Below, piece after piece: positions 54,401 to 63,174 of a stretch of 64,000 nt of DNA. The first letter of the stretch is position 1. Each line of letters opens with the position of its first letter. The notes below the pieces were generated by a model. That model made no database searches. It was not told the DNA's origin and was given only the letters and a program-made list of their open reading frames with translations. The stretch comes from Magallana gigas (Eukaryota), in the NCBI RefSeq assembly GCF_963853765.1, contig NC_088853.1, positions 52,948,001-53,012,000 of the forward strand. The letters run 5' to 3'. The position numbers and the translations under genes were made by a program.

Positions 54401-54981
54401 AGCAGACCCACAGTTGCACACCGATAAAAGGCAAACTGTTTCATTTTTGTCTGAAATATAAAAAATGCTATATCTTAAAACTATCTAAACCGTACCATTT
54501 GCACAATTTATATTTTAGCATCCAAACCGGAATAATTCGTTAATCCAAACCGTACTTTTTATTTAGCAGGTGCATGAAGTTATTGCTATTTTTATACATA
54601 TTAGTGTATTAAAAATATATTGAAGTGATTTCATTTGGTTAGAGTAATCTTTCAAATTAATTTTGGCTGCTTCAGATTTTCAGGTTGTGTTATATTATCT
54701 ACGTTATCTCGAAATAGATCTTGGTTTTAGCGTTAAAATGGCACATTAACGATTGATATTCCTACAAATAAGTCGTTTTTATTTACGATGAACAAAAATA
54801 ACACTGGCTCTTATCAACTGCAAAACCGTAAGAAAAATATGAACGACTGTTACGATTGTTTTAATTAATATTTACCTAATTGTCGATAGATAAAAGGACA
54901 CAACACTCATTGCTTTTGCAATGGATACGCCATTTTCACGGTATCCAAACATGTCACTACCGGCGCGGATACACGACAGTG
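51464..54981. mobile_element. 3.5-kb non-autonomous TIR element with CAC..GTG ends and a 5-bp TSD (Transib/RAG-like signature)
   Basis: ~54-bp TIR cactgtcgtgtatccgcgccggtagtgacatgtttggata(a/c)cgtgaaaatggcg with one mismatch; TSD atggt at 51459-63 and 54982-86; three ggtttggat subterminal repeats mirrored on each arm. Confidence 0.85.
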
Positions 54982-56892
54982 ATGGTGGACTAGGCTAGTT
55001 CGCTTCAGGAGAATTGTTATTGTTTTCATGAATTGTGCGAGTTCAATGGAGTATTTTAAGGTTACTTTTTGTTCATTGGTGTTGTTAACGTAAGTATCTT
55101 CATTACTTGTATTCTTGTGATCATGCTTTTAGCTATATTATTCGTATTTTCGGTTGGTAATACCTCCTTTGTTTACACATGAACTACACGCTAGAAAGTA
55201 ACAGTTATTTTTCTGGGTTAAATTTTCTCTTTATCACCACTATTCCTCATTTGAATCTGCTGTAAAAAAAAAATTAGTATGAAATTGTGTACCGTGAATT
55301 ACATCGATTTGTGTCGTTTAATTAATTTTAAAATATAATATGTGTGTCAATAGCATACTTTGTTTGCCCATAATATTGGAATGGAAATAGTTGAAGTTGT
55401 CATACAAATAACAAAACACAAGAGATCTAAAATAGGATTTTTACCGATCAATATTTTCTGATTTTGCAATTTTGTTTGAATACAAGAATGTATTTCAGAT
55501 GCAAGAAAATTATTCGATAAATGCAAAAAAATTGTTCATAAAATTATCATTTTCATGTGACAATTATCTTTAACGATCAAAGAGCGGTTTAATTTTTTCT
55601 TTATTTGTCATACATTTATCCATCGTCTTAATTTGCCAAATATATGAAATATAAACCCTCAGCTTTTAATATTTCACGTCTAATTTTCAAGAATATGAAC
55701 CATTTAAAATAGTCCATACATGCATTTTGCGTGAAATCAATATAATATAAAAACATTAAATGGATTGTTTTGTGATAAATATACTCTCACACGACGTGTT
55801 TATTTTGTAATTCATTGTAAAAGAAATATCTTCAATTAATACTAAAACATAGGTGAATGTGAGTTTTTTTCTTCATTTACAGTTTTTACAAAAATATAAT
55901 GACGTTCTTAACAGAATAAGTTTTCATTCGCAAAACTGTAGTCTATTTTTTGAAAAAAACTAAAAATGTTCATTCAATGAGAGGAGAAAAAAAATTTGGT
56001 TTTTTTTTTACTTTTTGTTGTTGAAGCAGGGTGTTGCTGAAAATTTTAAGCTTTTTTTTTATTGGGTATAACTGGCTTTTTAATCTCAATTTTTTCTAGT
56101 TTACCTTAACTGTCAGAGATATTTTCTACAGAATGAAGATTGAGTAAAATTGGAATCTCTTAAGTTATTGATTGTGATAAGACAATGAACTTAAATTGTT
56201 ATATAATCTTTCATTTCATAATTTTCACTGATGTATTCTTTAAAAAAAATAGCACTTTTTAATAGAGTAACACTTTTGTTTTTCAAAGGTTGTGAAGTCG
56301 GATGTGGAATTGCCCCAAGTTTCATTACCAGTAAGTGTGTTTTATTACAGTATGTATATAACGCAGAGACTAGGGTAATGATTCATTGTCTTTATACAGA
56401 TTTTGGTGAGAAGTATTATATATATTTTTAATATGTTTTCTTTCTGTAGTCCTCTAAATGTAGTGGAGAGAACAAGCCATTGGGAAGAAAAATCAAGAGT
56501 TCCATTATGCAGAGTGATGATGTAAGTCTTGTTAGAATACACTGATATTAATTTAAACATGCAAGCCCTATGTTGTAATGGAAATTAATAGAAAAACTAA
56601 AATTTGACACAAAGATTGCTTGTGACCTGTAAATATGTCTGACTGAGCTTTCAAATTGGTCATTTGTGCAAGTTTGAGGCCACTGTAAAAAAATGTGCAT
56701 CCGTTACCATCAAGTAGAGGCATTCAGGATTATCATGCAAAAATTTGTGTATATTAAAGTTGCAAAGTTGTAAACTACGTTAGTGATTGACCGACCCATT
56801 TTGTAGAAGTTGTAACATTTTAAAACTGTTGGAAACAATAATGTACATTGTAAGTGAGACTTGATCTTCATGCAATCCACCTAGATACACCC

Positions 56893-56988
56893 GAGGTGTG
56901 TTCAACAGGGTGAGCTCCAAAATTCCCTATATCAGCAACACAAAATATAGCGAGTGCTTGCGAGCGGGCTCTCTGCTGAACACACCTC
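56893..56988. mobile_element. Very small MITE with 12-bp TIRs
   Basis: gaggtgtgttca … tgaacacacctc. Confidence 0.5.
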
Positions 56989-57786
56989 AGTACTCGAACA
57001 ACTTTTTTTTGGTTCCTGTAATGACCTTACAACTTAATTTGTGTGTTGTGTCATTATTTTTAGCTGCCAGATTTGTGTTCCTCGAAAGAAGAATCTCCAT
57101 GTATAAAAGAGGAAGAGGTATTTGTATAGATTTAGACAATAAAATGATTTCTTTGGTGATACATTTTAATATATTTAACGGTGGCAAATTTGCAGATCTG
57201 CAATGATAGCTACCTTCATAACCCACATGAATCATCAAAGAGAACATTTTATTGTTTATATTTACATCTTTCTTTAACATCTTTCTTGATAAATGGATTG
57301 TTAAAAGTAAGTAAAATTAGCTAAAGTTATAGCCAATGTACATCAGAACGTTAGCTAAAAAAAAACAGCCACATTTTTCTTTTGCGAATTTGCAAGTCTG
57401 ACATTATGCTTATTTCGTAGAGTCCATGATTTTTATTAGGTCGCTGTTAGTTTAGACCAATCGATAAACAGGGCTAGTAGATTTAAGTCCTATCAGTTTC
57501 TACAGAGCTATGAATTACAATTAATTTCCATTAGAAATATAAGGAATCATTCTTGATGAATGTAAATATATGCAAGTAAGTAGTATAAGGCGCCTAGCTT
57601 GGGGGTTCAACTGAGTGCACTTTTTATGCAAATGAGGTAAAAAACTGGGTTTAAGGTTGAAATGAGTTTTATTGAACAAGAACATCAAAAATCATGAAAC
57701 AAGTGAAGAAATAAGCGCAAAAAAAATAGAAAACATAGAATGACTCTCTGGAAATTACATTGTTCAGAAATTCTCTTGCAATTTTG

Positions 57787-58506
57787 TCAGATAAAGTTCA
57801 TACGAGTGGGAGAATCCACGAACACATTTTTTTTGTTGACTTTCATCATACGGCCTGGTTTTTTCTGCTCCGTTTTCATTTCCTCGTCCCAATCTTCATT
57901 GGATTTCTGGGTTTTTGCTTTTTTCTTGTCTTTGACTCCTTTCCCTTTGTTGGTGGGAGGGTGATTTTCTTTTTCTGGGCAGTCCTGAGCCTCGTGTTCT
58001 TGGTCTGCCCAGTATTTGTTTTTGAGATTTTCTGGGCAATCTTTCATCCAATGGCCTTCCTTTTTGCAGATGAAACAATTGTTGTTTGAAGGTCTACTGT
58101 AGTTAGTACTCTGCTGGGAAGTCGAGCCCCGGTTGTTTTCCTTTGTAGGGCAATCCGGCGAATAGTGACCTGGTTCTCCACAGGTGTAGCATGAGCCGGG
58201 TTTTTTCCCCTGTGTAGTTTTTGGCTGCGTAGTTTTGTTCATTTCGTCCAGTTTGTTTAAGATCAAGCTAGTATGTTTTCCTATTTCGTCACTCATCAGA
58301 TGGAGACTGTTGAGAATTCCTTCCTGGGTCGTGGTAATGATCCCAAAGTCTTCCTTACTGATCACTGAATTGTAAGCAGCCATCTCTAAGTTGACTGGGT
58401 CCTGGGTCTCTGTCACTAGTGATGGATCGTAATAGCCCATTCCACTAGACATAGGATCTTGGCTATCGAGGAAGTTTTTAGACGTCATGATTTGCAATGT
58501 GCACAA
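57787..58506 (-). CDS. CCHC zinc-knuckle protein (two intact knuckles, one degenerate), acidic N-terminus and Lys-rich C-terminus
   Basis: CYTCGEPGHYSPDC and CFICKKEGHWMKDC (CX2CX4HX4C); open 239-aa frame; the true start may be ATG 58488 or 58452. Confidence 0.8.
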   Translation of the reverse strand: MCTLQIMTSKNFLDSQDPMSSGMGYYDPSLVTETQDPVNLEMAAYNSVISKEDFGIITTTQEGILNSLHLMSDEIGKHTSLILNKLDEMNKTTQPKTTQGKKPGSCYTCGEPGHYSPDCPTKENNRGSTSQQSTNYSRPSNNNCFICKKEGHWMKDCPENLKNKYWADQEHEAQDCPEKENHPPTNKGKGVKDKKKAKTQKSNEDWDEEMKTEQKKPGRMMKVNKKNVFVDSPTRMNFI

Positions 58507-58516
58507 GTCCTAGAGG

Positions 58517-58538
58517 GGCGCGAAATATGGGTATATAA
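58517..58538. promoter_or_regulatory. Putative divergent promoter with an E2F-type site and a TATA box
   Basis: ggcgcgaaa (reverse complement TTTCGCGCC) at 58517-25 and tatataa at 58532-38, between head-to-head ORFs. Confidence 0.35.
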
Positions 58539-59011
58539 TGAACTGCTTTTTTAATATTTTTTATAATTCTATCAAGGAAAAAAAATTGATGATGAGCGAA
58601 ATATTGAGTCTTACCTTTGAGGGTTATCAATTAGTAACAAAATGGAATGCAGATATGAACGAGGAAAAACAGAAAAAAATATTGAGGGTGTTAGCTTTGG
58701 CTCGGAACATCACCAGTTTGAATTTTCCTGCCCACATACTGTTGATATTAGCAGTAGAAAATCCTTTCCCCGGAAGACTAGCCACAATTTATTGGATTTG
58801 CGAGGGGGCCAAGATTCAATTACTCGAGAAATTAACAGGCGTCTCCTACAAGGATTATCAGAACTTCGGGTATCTGAGATGCATGTTCACCCATCAGGGG
58901 AGAGCTCGTCGTCGAGTGATTTCACAAATAGACAATATGAAGATGGTGGCTTTGGAATTTCTATACCTGAAATTGAAAACTCAGGCCATAGACGAAGAAA
59001 ACGGAGTGTAA
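58538..59011 (+). CDS. Hypothetical protein (157 aa; likely start ATG 58589/58592)
   Basis: Open frame inside a gene-dense viral-type cluster; no recognised motif. Confidence 0.5.
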   Translation: MNCFFNIFYNSIKEKKLMMSEILSLTFEGYQLVTKWNADMNEEKQKKILRVLALARNITSLNFPAHILLILAVENPFPGRLATIYWICEGAKIQLLEKLTGVSYKDYQNFGYLRCMFTHQGRARRRVISQIDNMKMVALEFLYLKLKTQAIDEENGV

Positions 59012-59169
59012 AGTTTAATATGGACATTCAAGTGTTGGAAATACCATACGAAGATAGGACAAGTGAATGGATGACTTTGGCAAATGACCGATTTCGTTTT
59101 CAAAGAAGAATTCTACAGACTGCAATTGTTTTAGAGCCTATGTTAAAAAGACATTTGTTAAATAATTAA
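58642..59169 (+). CDS. GADD34/ICP34.5/DP71L-like PP1-recruiting (eIF2-alpha phosphatase adaptor) protein
   Basis: C-terminus RRKRSVKFNMDIQVLEIPYEDRTSEWMTLANDRFRFQRRILQTAIVLEPML has an RVxF-type motif followed by W..LA.DR.RF.RRI. The start codon is uncertain (58642 or 58880). Confidence 0.85.
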   Translation: MECRYERGKTEKNIEGVSFGSEHHQFEFSCPHTVDISSRKSFPRKTSHNLLDLRGGQDSITREINRRLLQGLSELRVSEMHVHPSGESSSSSDFTNRQYEDGGFGISIPEIENSGHRRRKRSVKFNMDIQVLEIPYEDRTSEWMTLANDRFRFQRRILQTAIVLEPMLKRHLLNN

Positions 59170-59189
59170 TTTGTGTTTAAAAAAGACAA

Positions 59190-59540
59190 TTGTTCCAATG
59201 TATAATTTGTTTGAAAATAATAAAAATAATTTTATTTCATATAATTTCTACCATTTAAAATAACGAATAAATGTTTGTTCCAATGTTTGTTTGCTGAAAA
59301 ATAATAAAATTTTGACATTTTATGTCATAGTTTATTTAATTTCTACCATTTAAAAATAACGAATAAATGTTTGTTCCAATGTTTGTTTGCTGAAAAATTA
59401 AAAAAAATAATTTTATTTCATAGGTTTTTTAATTTGTACCATTTAAAATAACAAATAAATGTTTGTTCTAATGTTTGTTTGCTGAAAAATTAAAAAAAAA
59501 AATTATGTCATAGTTTTTTATTTCTACCATTTAAAATAAA
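59190..59540 (+). repeat. AT-rich ~90-95-bp tandem repeat (three full units plus partials)
   Basis: ttt(c/g)taccatttaaaataac(g/a)aataaatgtttgttc..atgtttgtttgctgaaaa begins at 59245, 59340, 59433 and 59521. Confidence 0.85.
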
Positions 59541-59657
59541 TGGTTTGCACTCTATAAGACTCTATAGGGAGTTTGCATTGCTTTAAACCCGGTTGTCATG
59601 GTAGCCTGGCTAGTAGAGCCTTGCTTAAGACTTGGCACGGATTCAAGTACAAGATTC

Positions 59658-59727
59658 TGACGTCATAAATGAAAATGACGTCATATCTAGTGATAAATAG
59701 CAGCGCACTTCCGCCCAGCACTCATTC
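59658..59727 (+). promoter_or_regulatory. Pol II promoter: two CRE palindromes, TATA-like ataaata and Inr tcattc
   Basis: TGACGTCA at 59658-65 and 59676-83, ataaata at 59693-99, tcattc at 59722-27, ATG at 59759; conserved in the paralogous module at 38.7-39.0 kb. Confidence 0.65.
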
Positions 59728-59758
59728 GTCTGCTAGATTTCTCGTAAATCGCCCAAAG

Positions 59759-61004
59759 ATGAATTCATTTGGAATTAGGCATTTTTATACGGATGTTCCT
59801 AATATTCGAAGAGTGTTGGAGATTGTAACATACCAGTGGGATGGGGAGAGCTACGTAAGGATTTCTTCGGAGGCTGTGAGTCTGTTTCAGGCCCGGGATG
59901 CTCCCCTGTCCCCCCTGGAGAGGCAAGGAAGAGAGCAGGACTTGGGGAGAGTTGACCTCTTGCCACCGCCGCCGCCTCCCCCAGGACCCGTTCCTTCACT
60001 GGAGGACGTCGTTGCGATGATGGAGAGGAGGCAGCAGGAGCAGCGGCAGTCAGCCCCCTCGACGCCGTCGCCTCCCCCACCGCCAGCGCCCAGAGTCAGT
60101 AGGGGACCGGCAGCACTCTTCCGGCGGGTCCGGAGTGTTGCCAGGAGGGCCATTCCCTACCGGAGGGGTGGCCCGGGGGTGCGATTTTCTTTGCCTCCCA
60201 GGTCTGCGGCGCCATCGCCTTTTGTGAGCCCTCCTAGGAGAGTTCCGGCCATTCGGCCGCCAGGACCGGGTATCACCGTAAGTAATGTTTTAATATATTT
60301 TACATTTATAATAATGTGATAGTATGATTGATTTTTGGTATAATATTTTAATTGGTTTTTTTTTTAGACCACCAGGGAGCCCATCGTGATTCCGGACTCA
60401 CCGGAGAGTCCCGACCCCTCCCCACCTGCCAGTCCGGGGGGTTACTCTCCGGTGAGCCCAGGCTACAGTCCGGCACCATCGCCGCCAGGGAGCCCTCTGC
60501 GACCAGCGCCATACCGCCCTGCACCACCACCAGCTGCAGCGGCCTTGGGGAGATCTCCAAGCCGACCGGTCCCACCCAGCCGTCCTGCCCCTCAGCTGCC
60601 CTCGGGATTTTTTTGAGAACCATTTTGAGAACGGCCACCCCTCCCCTGTACCTCCATACGAGGAAGCCGGAGGATCCGAGGCGGCACTTCACCATCGTCC
60701 CCAGCTGGGGGGTGAAGGTGGCTGAGGAGGAGGAGAGCCGGGGGGAGTGTGTCATCTGCTTCCGAGAAGACGCCCACATGCAGGTAAATAAAACATGAAA
60801 TGTTTTGTTATAATTTCATAATAAAATGCTTTGTAATTACAAAATACTTTTTTTTGAAAAAAAGGTATTTATGGATTTGCTTTTTCATTTTTCCAGATCA
60901 AGTGCCGCAGCTGCAGCCAGCAGAGGGTATGCTGCAAGTGTGTCCCGGGGGTGTACCGGAACATGAACCCCTGCCCCCTGTGCCGGTCCTTCGGAGAGCA
61001 GTAG
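59759..61004 (+). CDS. Spliced Pro/Ser/Arg-rich protein with a C-terminal all-Cys RING finger (putative E3 ligase); one -1 frame break
   Basis: Exons 59759-60277, 60368-60783 and 60897-61004; phase-0 introns GTAAGT..TTTAG and GTAAAT..TTCCAG. Spliced end CVICFREDAHMQ|IKCRSCSQQRVCCKCVPGVYRNMNPCPLCR. The frame shifts at a T7 run (60608-14). Confidence 0.8.
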
Positions 61005-61022
61005 TGGCGACTGCTAACAAAC

Positions 61023-61087
61023 AGCCCTTTTCAGGGCTAGCGCCACAGCCCTTTTAAGGGCTACCACCAACGGCCCTTTTCAGGGCA
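61023..61087. repeat. Three tandem mini-hairpins AGCCCT-TTT(C/A)-AGGGCT
   Basis: Copies at 61023-38, 61047-62 and 61072-87 (24-25-bp period). Confidence 0.8.
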
Positions 61088-61184
61088 AATAGAAAAAATG
61101 TGTACAAAAAGAAAAACACCAGTGGTCACTTACATGCACACACTTAAATAGAAAAGGTGAAGGTTTTTTATTTCATAAGTGAAG

Positions 61185-61829
61185 ATGTATTCTTACGATA
61201 CACTAGACCCTTTTAAATTGAAACATGAATTTACCATGGTGGTGGCGGGTCCTTCAAAATCGGGAAAAACACATTTTGTTAAAAAGTTAGTAGAAAATAG
61301 ACATTGGATTTCCCCTCCCCCCGAAAAAATCATATGGTGTTACCGAGAATGGCAACCCGCTTACGAATCTTTACAAGATCAAGTCAAGTTTATACGCAAT
61401 ATTCAAGAAGACGACGAGAAATTAGTGGCTGATTTCAGTATTCGTCACTTGTTAATTTTTGACGATATGATGGGAGGCAAAGCCATCGAGTCTATCGTCG
61501 ATTGGTTTACTCGCAAAGCTCATCATAGGAATACCAGTGTGATTTACATTACTCAAAATGTATTTGATCGAGCAAATCAACATCGTACTATTAGTCTCAA
61601 TGCTCATTATTTGGTACTGTTTAAAAATCCTCGAGATAAATCTCAAGTGACGGTGCTGAGTCGACAATTAGATATGCCTCATTTAATGTCTGCTTATCAA
61701 GAGTCTATTAGTATTCCTCACGGTTATTTGCTTGTAGATCTCAGTCCACAAACTCCAGATGAATTGAGATTAAGAAGTCAAATGTTCGATACCCTAAGTG
61801 TCTATATGCCTCGAGAATATAAATATTGA
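61185..61829 (+). CDS. Polinton/adintovirus genome-packaging ATPase (A32/FtsK-HerA-like)
   Basis: LKHEFTMVVAGPSKSGKT (Walker A), PPPEKIIWCY.EWQ, LLIFDDMM (Walker B), HHRNTSVIYITQNVF, RTISLNAHYLVLFKNPRD; intact. Confidence 0.92.
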   Translation: MYSYDTLDPFKLKHEFTMVVAGPSKSGKTHFVKKLVENRHWISPPPEKIIWCYREWQPAYESLQDQVKFIRNIQEDDEKLVADFSIRHLLIFDDMMGGKAIESIVDWFTRKAHHRNTSVIYITQNVFDRANQHRTISLNAHYLVLFKNPRDKSQVTVLSRQLDMPHLMSAYQESISIPHGYLLVDLSPQTPDELRLRSQMFDTLSVYMPREYKY

Positions 61830-61867
61830 ACACACGAGGAGTTACCTTCATTTGGATTGAGTTCATC

Positions 61868-62902
61868 ATGGCACGACAAAACAAAGTGTTGAGACTTTTG
61901 AAACTTTTATATGGAGAAAAAGATCCACAGAAAAGGCAGGAAATCATCGAATTAAGCCGTAAAACCTTAATGAAATGGTTTCTGATAGGAGCTAAGAATT
62001 TACTGAAAGGAACTATTCCTGTCGACAAACAGACTCAACGGTTTATTGAAAAACACCGGGATGATTTGAAAGTGATTGCTGACAAAAAAGTCAACGAAGA
62101 TAACAGATTGAAAGCCGTATTGAAACGAGGAGGAGCTGGGTTTTTAGGAGGGGTCATCATTCGTAATTTATTGAAATGGAATTTGAAAAAAGAAAAAATG
62201 GCTCAGCCTGGAAAGAGCAAATCGAAGAAAGCCATCAAAAAGAAATTAAGCAAAAAAGATTTTGTGAAGACTCCTCCCCTTAGGAAAGACTTGCCTGATT
62301 GGGTTCAGGAGCAAGTAGACTTGTATCGTCAAGATCAAAATCAGAAAAATCAAGGTGATTTAGAAGCCACTCTTCCCTATGCTGAGGATGATACCCCAAC
62401 TTTTCCCATTATCAATGCTAGGGCTATCCAGAAAATGGATAGGGCCATGCAAGGTCCTATAGGAGCGGCCAGAACCTCAGATAATGTAATGACTTCTACC
62501 CCTATTAAAGCAACTCAAGCTCCCTCTTTGTTTGATGATGTCATTACTATTGATCAGTCCTCTATTAAAGCACCATCTACCCCTACACTCTCGAAAAAGT
62601 CTCCAAATGAGTCACCGGCCTTAACATATTTCTGTCCCCACGATGGGGTCGGATTCAGACTGAAGGAAAATTACGATCGTCACTTGGCTACCGCTCATAA
62701 CCCCGCTTGGATTGAAAGTCAATCGAAAAGGAAAATAGTTCCTGTACCAGACATGTCTAACTTTACTTTAGGTTTCAAGAAACCTAAACTAAATTATTAT
62801 TGTCCCGACTGTCACATGGCTTTTAGACTTAAAAGGGAATACGAAAAACATAGACAAAGATATCACCCAGTAGCTGAACCATGGGTCCAGAATAAAGGAT
62901 AG
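61868..62902 (+). CDS. Conserved Polinton-type basic protein (NLLKG.IP…GG.GFLG) extended with two C2H2 zinc fingers
   Basis: N-terminal AKNLLKGTIPVDKQTQRFIEKHRDDLKVIADKK…KRGGAGFLGGVI; C-terminal CPHDGVGFRLKENYDRHLATAH and CPDCHMAFRLKREYEKHRQRYH; open frame. Confidence 0.7.
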   Translation: MARQNKVLRLLKLLYGEKDPQKRQEIIELSRKTLMKWFLIGAKNLLKGTIPVDKQTQRFIEKHRDDLKVIADKKVNEDNRLKAVLKRGGAGFLGGVIIRNLLKWNLKKEKMAQPGKSKSKKAIKKKLSKKDFVKTPPLRKDLPDWVQEQVDLYRQDQNQKNQGDLEATLPYAEDDTPTFPIINARAIQKMDRAMQGPIGAARTSDNVMTSTPIKATQAPSLFDDVITIDQSSIKAPSTPTLSKKSPNESPALTYFCPHDGVGFRLKENYDRHLATAHNPAWIESQSKRKIVPVPDMSNFTLGFKKPKLNYYCPDCHMAFRLKREYEKHRQRYHPVAEPWVQNKG

Positions 62903-63174
62903 AGTGTCTTTGGTCATCCTATAAAAGACAACCATAGATGAATTTTTTATCAGTTTTTAATGATGGCTTCTGATATAAAGAAGAGAAAAGAGGCGACAGA
63001 AAAGAAAGAAAAGAAAGGGATGAAAAAGGAGAAAAAAAAAGAACAATTCTTGTGAATGTAGATTGAGACCTCACATGCCCGTGTTGAACCTATTACTCTC
63101 TCCTGAAAGTACCCCTGTCTTAAAAAAATCAAGTGTTAAAACATTGTAGTAATGACTGCATTCATAAGATTTGC

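Noticed and set aside
38887-59690. The inverted 38.9/59.6-kb repeats as TIRs of one 20-kb element
   Set aside because: Homology extends outward into promoter and coding sequence, the copies are clearly diverged, and no TSD is seen. They look like paralogous gene modules, not termini.
59799-60779. Antisense and alternative-frame ORFs over the GC-rich RING exons (59799-60080, 59887-60153, 60348-60779, 60592-60777)
   Set aside because: Shadow frames expected in GC-rich, stop-poor DNA; no motifs.
61175-61179. ATAAG just before the ATPase start, like a baculovirus late promoter
   Set aside because: A 5-mer in AT-rich DNA that is not seen consistently before the other cluster genes; likely chance.
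17600-62902. polB and the ATPase cluster as a single Polinton
   Set aside because: They are ~39 kb apart with many unrelated inserts and a host gene between them, they differ in decay, and no Polinton TIRs, capsid or integrase genes are visible. Linkage cannot be supported.
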